Assembly (NCBI GenBank): GCA_032718475.1
Contig: JAUCBJ010008312.1
Coordinates: 1 to 52,665 of the forward strand
DNA from: Nemertoderma westbladi
Lineage: Eukaryota > Animalia > Xenacoelomorpha
Direction: 5' to 3'
DNA: 52,665 nucleotides
Shown: one piece after another, positions 12,767 to 24,838 of the stretch
Layout of the letters: each line of letters starts with the position of its first letter
Position numbering within the stretch: the stretch's first letter is position 1
Translations under genes and position numbers: made by a program
The notes under the pieces: generated by a model
Seen by the model: only the letters and a program-made list of their open reading frames with translations
Database searches by the model: none
Told to the model about the DNA's origin: nothing

Positions 12767-13134
12767 GTTTTTGTAAAAACACGAGGAAATGCTCGAAATG
12801 GCGGTTAAGTAAGCGCAGGCAAGAGGCAAATTTTGAAAATCGGCTGTGATTGGCTGCCACAGATTTTACGTCACTACATCGTTATCTGATAACAAAGTTA
12901 TCCTGTCTGCGTGACGTCAGGTCACCATTCCATGACATGCCCAAAATACAATTATATTCTTTAAACGATTGTAGAGAAAGTTGGAATTCAAAATAAGTAA
13001 TATAATAATGAGAGCTCAAACTATCTGTAAGTTGTGTTAAAATGTACTACCCAAACACTTAATGTAGGCTTGGTGTAGGCTTAATGTAGGCTTAGTATTA
13101 AATTGATTGTATATAAATTCGAATTTATTTGTAG

Positions 13135-13240
13135 GGCGAAGATTAATGTTGATACCGAAATTAAAAAAGGAATTCAAATGAACGAAAAAGGTGAATTCGA
13201 TTTCAGAGCATTACTCAAGAAGAGACCTATGCCACAATGA
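13135..13240 (+). CDS. Terminal coding exon (R)AKINVDTEIKKGIQMNEKGEFDFRALLKKRPMPQ* with a DFRxxL motif
   Basis: TTATTTGTAG acceptor; phase-2 join with the upstream exon gives an open frame to TGA at 13238-13240; ATTAAA at about 13304. Confidence 0.75.
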
Positions 13241-13480
13241 TTTATACATGATGGAATTTATTCCAACTATTTATTCTTGTAATATAATTTTGCGTAATTT
13301 ATTATTAAACGGACTAGATTTTACCCTTTCTATGTGATTCGTTTTTCATTATAGATTTTTGTGTTTTTTTTCCCTATAAATTTGCCCCTTTTACTTTGTC
13401 AGTGACGTCACTTGTGGTTGAAATCCCTATAATAGTAATTGAAAAATAATAGAACGAAAATCAGCTAAACGGTCTATTAA

Positions 13481-15035
13481 CCCTATTAGTACCGGGCTAT
13501 AAAATGTTGTACAAATACCGGGAGGGGGTCATATTGACCCCCCCCTCTAAAATCTACAAATTTTTACGAAAACGTCTGATTTTTTGTTTGTACGTAGGTA
13601 TCACTAGTCAGGATCCGACCGAAAAAAAAAATTTTCGAAAAAATGTACTGGGGTGGTTATATTGCAGCACCAAAATTACAAGTAGTGCACAATTTTCAGA
13701 AAATTTGAAAGTTAAATTTTTCGTGTAATTGTTTTTCAATACAGGTTTTCTGGGGCGCAAAATACATTGGAAAATATTTAAAAATGATATGATTTTACTA
13801 TAAATGGCTGTTTAGTCCTATCTGCGTAGGAAAAAAATGAAAAAAACAAGTAACCAGCACTTTTCAGTTAGATCACAAAATTTTTAATTCACTTATACGA
13901 TGCTATGAATTCACATTTTCAGGTTTTCTAGGGCGCTGATTCTAATGGAATGCATTTCGAAAATGCCCCATCATTGCTACTTGTATTTTTCGGCGTAATT
14001 TGGCAAATTTTGGTGCTAGGACCAAATTTCGTACCCATCACCAAAAAGTACAAGTTTGCGATGTCCAGTGCTGTTTTTATTGATTCCATCGGATTCAGGA
14101 CCCTCATAAACCCGTATAACGTAAGAAACAAGATGATACTATCTACTGATCAATTTGCTTATTTTCCAAAATTTGGTGCTGGCACAACAATTTTCACCAA
14201 CCGGCGAAAAATACAAGTTTGAAAACTCTTATGAAATTTTTACTGATTCCATTGAATTCAGAACCCTCACAAACCCGTATAACGCAAGAAACAAGGTGAC
14301 ACAATCAATTTATATATTTGATGGTTTTCAAAATTTGGTGCTAGCACCACATTTTGCACCCACTTCCAAAAAATACAAGTTTGAGATGCCTAGTTCGAAA
14401 ATTATATATTCCATTCAATTCAGAATAGCCATAAACCTCTAAAACGCAAGAAATAAATTGTCACAAACAATTTTATCAATTGAATGGATTTTCAAAATTT
14501 CGTGCTAGCACCAAAATTTGCACCCAACACTGAAAAATACAATTTTGATACGCTTGGTGCAACTCGTATATATTTCATCGAAACCAGAACCCCAAAAAAC
14601 CCCAATTGCGTAAAAAACAAGTTTCACACAATCAATTTACAAAATTGACATATTTCAAAATTTGGTGCTGGCACCAAAAATTAGCACCCGCCGAAAAAAA
14701 CAAGTTTGAAATTTCTAAATCAATTTATATGAATTCCATCCAATTTCTAACACCAAAAAACCGGTGTAAATCAAAAATAGAGATGTTACAATTCATATTT
14801 ACTGAAATGTAATTTTCAAAAAACGTCTCAAAAAAAGGGCCAAAAGTAGGGTTAAAAAATGGTGCTATAACTCGAAAACTACCCAATATTTTTGAAAACG
14901 GTTTTCACTACTATGAAGACAATAGATTTTTAGGAAAAGTCATAAAATTTCAGATTCGCAACTGCGTTTGTTTCAGAATTATAATAAAAAAACCACGGGG
15001 GGGGTCATATTGACCCCCCCCCGGGTTTAATAGGG
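13481..15035. mobile_element. Non-autonomous piggyBac-like element, family A
   Basis: TTAA|CCCTATTA...TAATAGGG|TTAA; subterminal palindrome GGGGGTCATATTGACCCCC at both ends; internal diverged ~180-bp repeats; no transposase. Confidence 0.9.
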
Positions 15036-15301
15036 TTAAAGTATTTTTCCTTCCTAATGGCAGATTTATTTATTTCCTGACCCGTACTTTAATATCACTG
15101 CACTGGCAATAATTTCCCAACATTTTACAACAATTACTTTAATTACTGTTTGCTACGGTGGAACGCTGGTATTATATATTATATATATTTATATATAATA
15201 ATATTTTAAGAATTAAAAAAGTGACAACTTATATGATCAATCACTAAAAATTTATTTTTTTATTATTAGCTTTCGATATCTCTCTCAAATAAACGATATT
15301 C

Positions 15302-15356
15302 TAGAATTATTGCACTACAAATAGTGTCATTCATTATTTGTAGTGCAATAATTCTA
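15302..15356. repeat. 22-bp perfect inverted repeat with an 11-nt spacer
   Basis: TAGAATTATTGCACTACAAATA-gtgtcattcat-TATTTGTAGTGCAATAATTCTA. Confidence 0.9.
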
Positions 15357-18300
15357 ATATAATAATAATTATAATTAACGGCATTTATTGTGGTATATAG
15401 GCCTAAGTAAACAAAAGCGGGATCTACAGTAAATTCACCTATTTACGATTTACATTCGCCTAAGAAGCATAAGATGTTCGCTAGGTTCCCCAAACTCAAG
15501 TTTTTCAGGATCTAATGTAGTATTTTTATCCTGCAGACTGCATCACCTGTCCGGTTATATCAAACAGCCATATACCAAAATTCAATACAGAAGCGTAATT
15601 GGTGCAAGTTTGCGGTGCTGCTTCCCAGTAGTGGATAGTTACTGCCCACATCTCCCTTCGTTTCATAGGCCGTTCCTTCCCCCTTTGAGGCTTCACTCTT
15701 ACTGTTATCTCTTGGGCTGCCTCTTGAGAATGCCTTCATTTGTGATGCGAAACAGGACGAGCGCAACCAGGCTAGTGATGGAGACGAGTACTGTGTTGAC
15801 TAAACCACCTGGTTTATCTTATTGGACGATATATCATTTTGATCATGGTCAGTAGAGGGACCGGCCCATTTATTTTGGTGAACAAACGTATAGAACGAGC
15901 GCAATGATAGTTGTAATGAAGACGAGTCTGTGCTGACTGAACTCCTAAACCTCATTATAACGCAAAACGGATCCATTCCTCAAAGATAAATGAACCATGT
16001 AGTTTCTAGAACCTAAACCAAACCATACGATACGATCATATTGCCTATCAACACTTTTGGCTATTTTGAACTATTTAACATACATAATGGCGTTATGTTG
16101 TCTTTATTCACTAAATTGGCAAATTGTTCACATATTTATTGTGGGCACATTGTAAACATTTAACATCTAAATTGGCGTTTTAATACTGATTCCCATATAA
16201 AACAAATTAATATGACATTTCAATTATTTATATGTCAAAAACCCAAAAAATCAATGAGCATACTTGGTAATATTTAGGAATGACCAGCGTACAGTAATTT
16301 ATTTGGAAAGACACATAATTTTTGTTAGCGCTTTTAGTAAATTATGTTCTTTCACTCTCAATTTTCATATATTTTGACTCTTTTCTGTTACTTAATAAAC
16401 CATGTAAAAATGAAGGCAGGATGTCCGGTATGATACAATAAACGGGATTACGCTAGTGTACCTGTCAACAAGGGCCGCTCACTGTATCTGTTTATTTGCC
16501 CTTTTTTCCCTTCGATGCATTGATTTGCTCTATATTTCACTTAGTTCAATACGGTATTTGATTATCTATTGTATTTGACTGCGATACTATACCGGGAGGG
16601 TGTGACAACAAAGTATAACAAGCAAATGACTGAGTAATTAATTCTGTAAGAACTCAAGTCTGGTGATTGTGTTACCCTTTAAGGGAAACGTATAGTGACA
16701 AGTCTTTGGGTCTAATTATATTGATATCGCTACAGTATTCAATTTGTGACAACTCTCAATCGTGATGTAATTAATAATAAGAGCTTTGCTTATATTAATG
16801 GTCTGAAATATCGCCATATATTAATTGTTTAGTAAGTCAGAGGTATGACAATGATCTGATACAATTGTCCAGATTATCACTGATACTTAGTTACAGCAAC
16901 CCACCTGTTGTGGCGCGTGTAAAACCTCCTTGATTACGTAATATCGGCGATATATTAAGCAAATAATAAGACAAATTGAATAGCAAGGAGCATAAGCCAA
17001 TAAGCATCACGTATTCCATTTGAGGCTTAGTAGGCCATACAACAGAAATTAGATCGAATATAGGTGTAATAGCACTAGATGGCATAAGAACCTTTACTAA
17101 AGAATAATTTGTAAGAAACAAATCAATATGATACCGTAACTGGTCCTTTATCAATAAATATACAGTATTTTGGGTAAATTGGTAAAATAAGTAATTTTAA
17201 AGGCAGGATTTATACCTGCAGCAACACCGCTTCCATTCATTTAGCTACCAGGGTGTTAAAGTCAAGGCAGAAGTTCAAATTCGTACATAAAAAATAATCT
17301 AATAAGTAAATAATTCAGTTATCAATATCAAACTAGAATTATACAGGGCATACGTAACCAACATATTAAAATATCTCAACTAGTGAACAAATTGAATCGA
17401 GTAGATTAGTGAATATCTATCACCTCTAAATAAGCAAACTATAGTGCCAAAGAGTATATCTAATACATATATAAATGGTTTCAGCTCGTGAACAAATCAA
17501 ATTAAATGAATTATTGGGATCAATTACTTCTAAATAAGCAAACTGTAGTAGTAGATGTTGATATCTGTAAAAGCTTTTGCGGACATAACAAGTCATTTTT
17601 TTCCGCAATATACCATGTAGGTGCTTTAGCGGACATAACAAGTCATTTTTTGCCGCAATGCGCCTAATACTCTAAAAGACTGGAGCTCAGATGGCGAAAT
17701 CTGTCAGCTGATTTACTGTAAACGTGGAACCTTTCTTTGTTCTGCTCAGCCAATCAGAGCGATTTTCATTTTATGTTGGACAGAGGCCTATGGAAAACCG
17801 CGCAATGCATTACGGTTTTTGTTTACCTTTTCTGAGCCTCAGAACACCGGCTTAGAATTCTTCTGTGCTTCTGTAGAAGTTTCAGACTTTGGCCAAACAT
17901 TAGATGGCTTTGATTACAAGAACGTAAATCTAATATCCTGCAACGCATTACTGAGCAACACTGCAATACCATACTGTCATTATTTTACTTCTATTTACTG
18001 TCGGTTATTAATTGTTGTATATTGATGGATATGTTGTTATATTTGGAGAACACCGATAAATAATCATAAAACCCCCAATCTTCTTGATTACTGAAGGTAA
18101 GAGGGACCGGTTACCTGTAGCAATTGCGACTTGCATTATAGTGGTTTTTGTGTGAATTAAATGCTATTTCATAATCCCTACAAGTGTCAGTTGCGATCTT
18201 CCTTATATATGATCAAATTCAGTGACGGTCGGCAGATCAGTGTGAAGTAGTGTGAAGTCGTGTGCAGTAGTGTGACAGATAATAAAGCATCTCCTAAAGA

Positions 18301-18373
18301 ATGCGCTATTTACGAAACTCAGTAGCCATCTAGTTGTGATTAGTATAAGTCATAACTCTGTTTTTATACTTAA

Positions 18374-18759
18374 AGAGCCACGTCCTAAAGGAACTGTTAA
18401 TATTTCCCCGAAAGTAAATATATTTGTCAGAGATTATATAGTAACGATCAATCGAATAATACAGTAGGTCTGCACCGCAATCACTTCAAAGCACCCGAAT
18501 CCAGTCTCCCTTAACAGTGGGTGAATGATCGCGCATAGACTGGCTTCGGCTACGGTGGCTGAATTCGGCCAAAATTAATTATATTATGAAAACACGTTTT
18601 TGGTTGAACTTGCAAAATTAATTATATTATGGAAACACGTTTTTGGTGATGTTGCAAAATTAATTATATTATGAAAACACATTTTTGGATGAACTTGCAA
18701 AATTAATTATATTATGAAAACACGTTTTTGGTTGAACTGGCAAAATTAATTATATTATG
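18374..18759. repeat. ~43-bp minisatellite (about 4.4 copies, 18570-18759), possibly inside a truncated Kolobok-like MITE
   Basis: Unit CAAAATTAATTATATTATGAAAACACGTTTTTGGTTGAACTTG; upstream TTAA|AGAGCCACG terminus-like sequence; ends next to the duplication breakpoint. Confidence 0.7.
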
Positions 18760-20290
18760 TATTAATTTGTATTAATTTAATTAATACCACATGGCAGCAA
18801 TACTCGAGCTGAATATTTATTAATTTGTATTCCCTCCTGTTTCACTCTAATAACATACTTGAGGCCGGTAGGTCCGCTGTTAGAGATAGGATATGCAACT
18901 TAAGACTACCTGTTCAATAGAAGTGGAATAGATGGGAGATTAAGTGTGTGGGGCAAGTGGCTGCACTGGTTGGCGCTACTGATGACATAAAGAGGTCTGA
19001 TAGGCCCTTTTCTGTCTGGCTTATAACATTAAAACTAAATAGGGTTGTTTGTGCGCGAAAAAATAGTTGGACTAGAAACAGTCCAATAAGATGCCCTGAA
19101 TCGAGTGCCTGGCTGCGCTAGAAATAGTCCAATAAGGTGCTCTGAATCGAGTGGCTGGCTGCGCTAGAAACAGTCCAATAAGGTGCCCTGAATCGAGTCG
19201 CTGGCTGCGCAAGAAACAGTCCAATAAGGTGCCCTGAATCGAGTGGCTGGCTGCGCTAGAAACAGTCCAATAAGGTGCCCTGAATCGAGTGGCTGGCCAA
19301 TAAGGTGCCCTGAATCGAGTGGCTGGCCAATAAGGTGCCCTGAATCGAGTGGCTGGCTGCGCTAGAAACAGTCCAATAAGGTGCCCTGAATCGAGTGGCT
19401 GGCCAATAAGGTGCCCTGAATCGAGTGGCTGGCCAATAAGGTGCCCTGAATCAAGTCGCTGGCTGCGCTAGAAACAGTCCAATAAGGTGCCCTGAATCGA
19501 GTGGCTGGCTGCGCTAGAAACAGTCCAATAAGGTGCCCTGAATCGAGTGGCTGGCCAATAAGGTGCCCTGAATCGAGTGGCTGGCCAATAAGGTGCCCTG
19601 AATCGAGTGGCTGGCTGCGCTAGAAACAGTCCAATAAGGTGCCCTGAATCGAGTGGCTGGCCAATAAGGTGCCCTGAATCGAGTGGCTGGCCAATAAGGT
19701 GCCCTGAATCGAGTGGCTGCCAATAAGGTGCCCTGAATCGAGTGGCTGGCTGCGCTAGAAACAGTCCAATAAGGGCCCCCCTGAATCGAGTGGCTGGCCA
19801 ATAAGGTGCCCTGAATCGAGTGGCTGGCCAATAAGGTGCCCTGAATCGAGTGGCTGGCTAATAAGGTGCCCTGAATCGAGTGGCTGGCCAATAAGGTGCC
19901 CTGAATCGAGTGGCTGGCTGCGGTTTTTGTAAAAACACGAGGAAATGCTCGAAATGGCGGTTAAGTAAGCGCAGGCAAGAGGCAAATTTTGAAAATCGGC
20001 TGTGATTGGCTGCCACAGATTTTACGTCACTACATCGTTATCTGATAACAAAGTTATCCTGTCTGCGTGACGTCAGGTCACCATTCCATGACATGCCCAA
20101 AATACAATTATATTCTTTAAACGATTGTAGAGAAAGTTGGAATTCAAAATAAGTAATATAATAATGAGAGCTCAAACTATCTGTAAGTTGTGTTAAAATG
20201 TACTACCCAAACACTTAATGTAGGCTTGGTGTAGGCTTAATGTAGGCTTAGTATTAAATTGATTGTATATAAATTCGAATTTATTTGTAG

Positions 20291-20396
20291 GGCGAAGATT
20301 AATGTTGATACCGAAATTAAAAAAGGAATTCAAATGAACGAAAAAGGTGAATTCGATTTCAGAGCATTACTCAAGAAGAGACCTATGCCACAATGA
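20291..20396 (+). CDS. Duplicate of the DFRxxL terminal exon (possible alternative last exon)
   Basis: Identical to 13135-13240 with an intact acceptor; usage unknown. Confidence 0.45.
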
Positions 20397-20636
20397 TTTA
20401 TACATGATGGAATTTATTCCAACTATTTATTCTTGTAATATAATTTTGCGTAATTTATTATTAAACGGACTAGATTTTACCCTTTCTATGTGATTCGTTT
20501 TTCATTATAGATTTTTGTGTTTTTTTTCCCTATAAATTTGCCCCTTTTACTTTGTCAGTGACGTCACTTGTGGTTGAAATCCCTATAATAGTAATTGAAA
20601 AATAATAGAACGAAAATCAGCTAAACGGTCTATTAA

Positions 20637-22192
20637 CCCTATTAGTACCGGGCTATAAAATGTTGTACAAATACCGGGAGGGGGTCATATTGACCCCCCC
20701 CTCTAAAATCTACAAATTTTTACGAAAACGTCTGATTTTTTGTTTGTACGTAGGTATCACTAGTCAGGATCCGACCGAAAAAAAAAATTTTCGAAAAAAT
20801 GTACTGGGGTGGTTATATTGCAGCACCAAAATTACAAGTAGTGCACAATTTTCAGAAAATTTGAAAGTTAAATTTTTCGTGTAATTGTTTTTCAATACAG
20901 GTTTTCTGGGGCGCAAAATACATTGGAAAATATTTAAAAATGATATGATTTTACTATAAATGGCTGTTTAGTCCTATCTGCGTAGGAAAAAAATGAAAAA
21001 AACAAGTAACCAGCACTTTTCAGTTAGATCACAAAATTTTTAATTCACTTATACGATGCTATAAATTCACATTTTCAGGTTTTCTAGGGCGCTGATTCTA
21101 ATGGAATGCATTTCGAAAATGCCCCATCATTGCTACTTGTATTTTTCGGCGTAATTTGGCAAATTTTGGTGCTAGGACCAAATTTCGTACCCATCACCAA
21201 AAAGTACAAGTTTGCGATGTCCAGTGCTGTTTTTATTGATTCCATCGGATTCAGGACCCTCATAAACCCGTATAACGTAAGAAACAAGATGATACTATCT
21301 ACTGATCAATTTGCTTATTTTCCAAAATTTGGTGCTGGCACAACAATTTTCACCAACCGGCGAAAAATACAAGTTTGAAAACTCTTATGAAATTTTTACT
21401 GATTCCATTGAATTCAGAACCCTCACAAACCCGTATAACGCAAGAAACAAGGTGACACAATCAATTTATATATTTGATGGTTTTCAAAATTTGGTGCTAG
21501 CACCACATTTTGCACCCACTTCCAAAAAATACAAGTTTGAGATGCCTAGTTCGAAAATTATATATTCCATTCAATTCAGAATAGCCATAAACCTCTAAAA
21601 CGCAAGAAATAAATTGTCACAAACAATTTTATCAATTGAATGGATTTTCAAAATTTCGTGCTAGCACCAAAATTTGCACCCAACACTGAAAAATACAATT
21701 TTGATACGCTTGGTGCAACTCGTATATATTTCATCGAAACCAGAACCCCAAAAAACCCCAATTGCGTAAAAAACAAGTTTCACACAATCAATTTACAAAA
21801 TTGACATATTTCAAAATTTGGTGCTGGCACCAAAAATTAGCACCCGCCGAAAAAAACAAGTTTGAAATTTCTAAATCAATTTATATGAATTCCATCCAAT
21901 TTCTAACACCAAAAAACCGGTGTAAATCAAAAATAGAGATGTTACAATTCATATTTACTGAAATGTAATTTTCAAAAAACGTCTCAAAAAAAGGGCCAAA
22001 AGTAGGGTTAAAAAATGGTGCTATAACTCGAAAACTACCCAATATTTTTGAAAACGGTTTTCACTACTATGAAGACAATAGATTTTTAGGAAAAGTCATA
22101 AAATTTCAGATTCGCAACTGCGTTTGTTTCAGAATTATAATAAAAAAACCACGGGGGGGGTCATATTGACCCCCCCCCCGGGTTTAATAGGG
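20637..22192. mobile_element. piggyBac-like element family A, second copy
   Basis: TTAA-flanked CCCTATTA...TAATAGGG; same sequence as 13481-15035. Confidence 0.9.
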
Positions 22193-22329
22193 TTAAGGGG
22201 TAATACTGTACATTAGAAACCAACAGCTTATGTGTGAGTAAACATTGCCTTTCCTTATAGCCTACTAGTAAAACTTGGCAACCAACACGTTTTACTACAG
22301 TATGACTGTGTATTACTCTGACATATTAA

Positions 22330-23714
22330 CCCTATTACCACTGGGGTGGGGTGTTTTGACCATTAGCACCACTGGGGGGGATTTTTGTAATCGTCCAATG
22401 AAATCCTACAAAATTTGGGCTGTTGGTGAAACAACTATAGATGAACACTACCAAACATTAAAAAGTTAAAATTTCATAAGCAGGAACTATAATAAATAAA
22501 TAATTTTAATGAAAAATAAAAGTAGTCCCAGGACAAAATTACCAAATTTTTCGTTTTCTAAAAACTAATAGTGTGGCAGTGTTGGCTAGATTTAGTAGGT
22601 TTTTCAAGACGCTGAATCGAATGTGATTATATTCCATTTCCAAAAATTGAAGTGGATGCTATTTTTCGTGAACCTAAGAAGTGGGCGTGGCACTTCAAAT
22701 TTTGAAAAATTAGATATTCAGAAAATGCCCTTAAATTGGATTGAAATCCTAAATCGATTGAAAGTAATATAGAAGCCTGAAGAATTAGAGGTTAGCCATT
22801 TTTTGAAATCAAAACTTTAGTGTTTTTTCCGAATAAAGTAATTTTGAAAATTTGAAGTGCCACGCCCTAATTTTGGTGCACCGAAAATTACGCACATCAA
22901 GGATTTGACGCTTCTATATTACTTTCAATCGATTCAGCGCTCCAGAAAACCTATAAAAATGATTTGAAATTAAAACTTTAATGTATTTTCCGAATCTCGT
23001 ATTTTTCAAAATTTGAAGTGCCACGCCCTAATTTTGATGCACCAAAAATGGCGAACCACTAAGTCTTCAGGCTTCTATATTACATTCAATCGATTCAGCG
23101 CTCCAGAAAACCTATAAAAATTATTTGCAAATCAAAACTTTAGTGTATTTTCCGAATCTCGTATTTTTCAAAATTTGAAGTGCCACGCCTTAATTTTGGT
23201 GCACCAAAAATGGCGAACCACTAAGTCTTCAGGCTTCTATATTACTTTCAATGGATTCAGCGCTCCAGAAAACCAATAAAAATGCTTCGAAATCAAAACT
23301 TTAGTAAATTTTCCGAATAAAGTAATTTTGAAATTTTAAAGTGCCACGCCCTAATTTTGGTGCTCCAAAAATGACGTACCACTACACTTACATACTTGTA
23401 TAGAGCATTAGAGTGATCCAAACCAATAAAAATAAATAAATATAGCCCAAACATAAATAATTACAGTACTAAATCACGAATGACTTTGTAAAATTCGAAA
23501 ATTTCAAACAATTTGGTGCTGGAGACCAAAGTTTGAGGTGGCACCCACATCGAAAAGTAGAAATCCAATTGCAACGTCGTTCTATGCAAAAGATGCGGCA
23601 TTAAATTTGGCTAATTCTCAATAAAAATTGGGCCGGTACGTAATGTGGTTGCATAGTTACAGCAACTAAAAACTAGGAAGGGGCCGATCCCCCCCCCCCC
23701 CAGTGGTAATAAGG
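22330..23714 (+). mobile_element. Non-autonomous piggyBac-like element, family B
   Basis: TTAA|CCCTATTACCACTGGGG...CCCCAGTGGTAATAAGG|TTAA; internal tandem repeats containing GAAGTGCCACGCCCTAATTTTGGTGCACC. Confidence 0.9.
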
Positions 23715-23917
23715 TTAAGCCATATTTCATCGTGAACACCAGCTGTTGATTTACCATTGCTTGTACCATTGCATTTACCATTTACCATTCGCGATATCGA
23801 ATACCACACATAGAATCGATCTGATATTTTGTAACGCGATTATGAACCACCAAAGTAATGTATTTGTAAAATTTCAACAAAATCGCCAGGCCGGAAGTGC
23901 CTAAACCTTGATAATTA

Positions 23918-24838
23918 TCAGTCAGTCAGTCAGTCAGTCAGTCAGTCAGTCAGTCAGTCAGTCAGTCAGTCAGTCAGTCAGTCAGTCAGTCAGTCAGTCA
24001 GTCAGTCAGTCAGTCAGTCAGTCAGTCAGTCAGTCAGTCAGTCAGTCAGTCAGTCAGTCAGTCAGTCAGTCAGTCAGTCAGTCAGTCAGTCAGTCAGTCA
24101 GTCAGTCAGTCAGTCAGTCAGTCAGTCAGTCAGTCAGTCAGTCAGTCAGTCAGTCAGTCAGTCAGTCAGTCAGTCAGTCAGTCAGTCAGTCAGTCAGTCA
24201 GTCAGTCAGTCAGTCAGTCAGTCAGTCAGTCAGTCAGTCAGTCAGTCAGTCAGTCAGTCAGTCAGTCAGTCAGTCAGTCAGTCAGTCAGTCAGTCAGTCA
24301 GTCAGTCAGTCAGTCAGTCAGTCAGTCAGTCAGTCAGTCAGTCAGTCAGTCAGTCAGTCAGTCAGTCAGTCAGTCAGTCAGTCAGTCAGTCAGTCAGTCA
24401 GTCAGTCAGTCAGTCAGTCAGTCAGTCAGTCAGTCAGTCAGTCAGTCAGTCAGTCAGTCAGTCAGTCAGTCAGTCAGTCAGTCAGTCAGTCAGTCAGTCA
24501 GTCAGTCAGTCAGTCAGTCAGTCAGTCAGTCAGTCAGTCAGTCAGTCAGTCAGTCAGTCAGTCAGTCAGTCAGTCAGTCAGTCAGTCAGTCAGTCAGTCA
24601 GTCAGTCAGTCAGTCAGTCAGTCAGTCAGTCAGTCAGTCAGTCAGTCAGTCAGTCAGTCAGTCAGTCAGTCAGTCAGTCAGTCAGTCAGTCAGTCAGTCA
24701 GTCAGTCAGTCAGTCAGTCAGTCAGTCAGTCAGTCAGTCAGTCAGTCAGTCAGTCAGTCAGTCAGTCAGTCAGTCAGTCAGTCAGTCAGTCAGTCAGTCA
24801 GTCAGTCAGTCAGTCAGTCAGTCAGTCAGTCAGTCAGT
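23918..24838. repeat. (CAGT)n microsatellite, about 230 units
   Basis: Uninterrupted tetranucleotide run. Confidence 0.98.

Larger units (their letters stand above)
11615..15039. repeat. Segmental duplication, copy 1 (3.4 kb)
   Basis: Repeated at 18771-22196 (offset 7156-7157); only about three differences seen by eye. Confidence 0.95.
18771..22196. repeat. Segmental duplication, copy 2
   Basis: Matches 11615-15039, including the minisatellite (19072-19922), the terminal exon and the piggyBac-like element. Confidence 0.95.

Noticed and set aside
13504-14812. Short ORFs in piggyBac-like elements as transposase
   Set aside because: No DDD transposase motifs; they are translations of internal tandem repeats.
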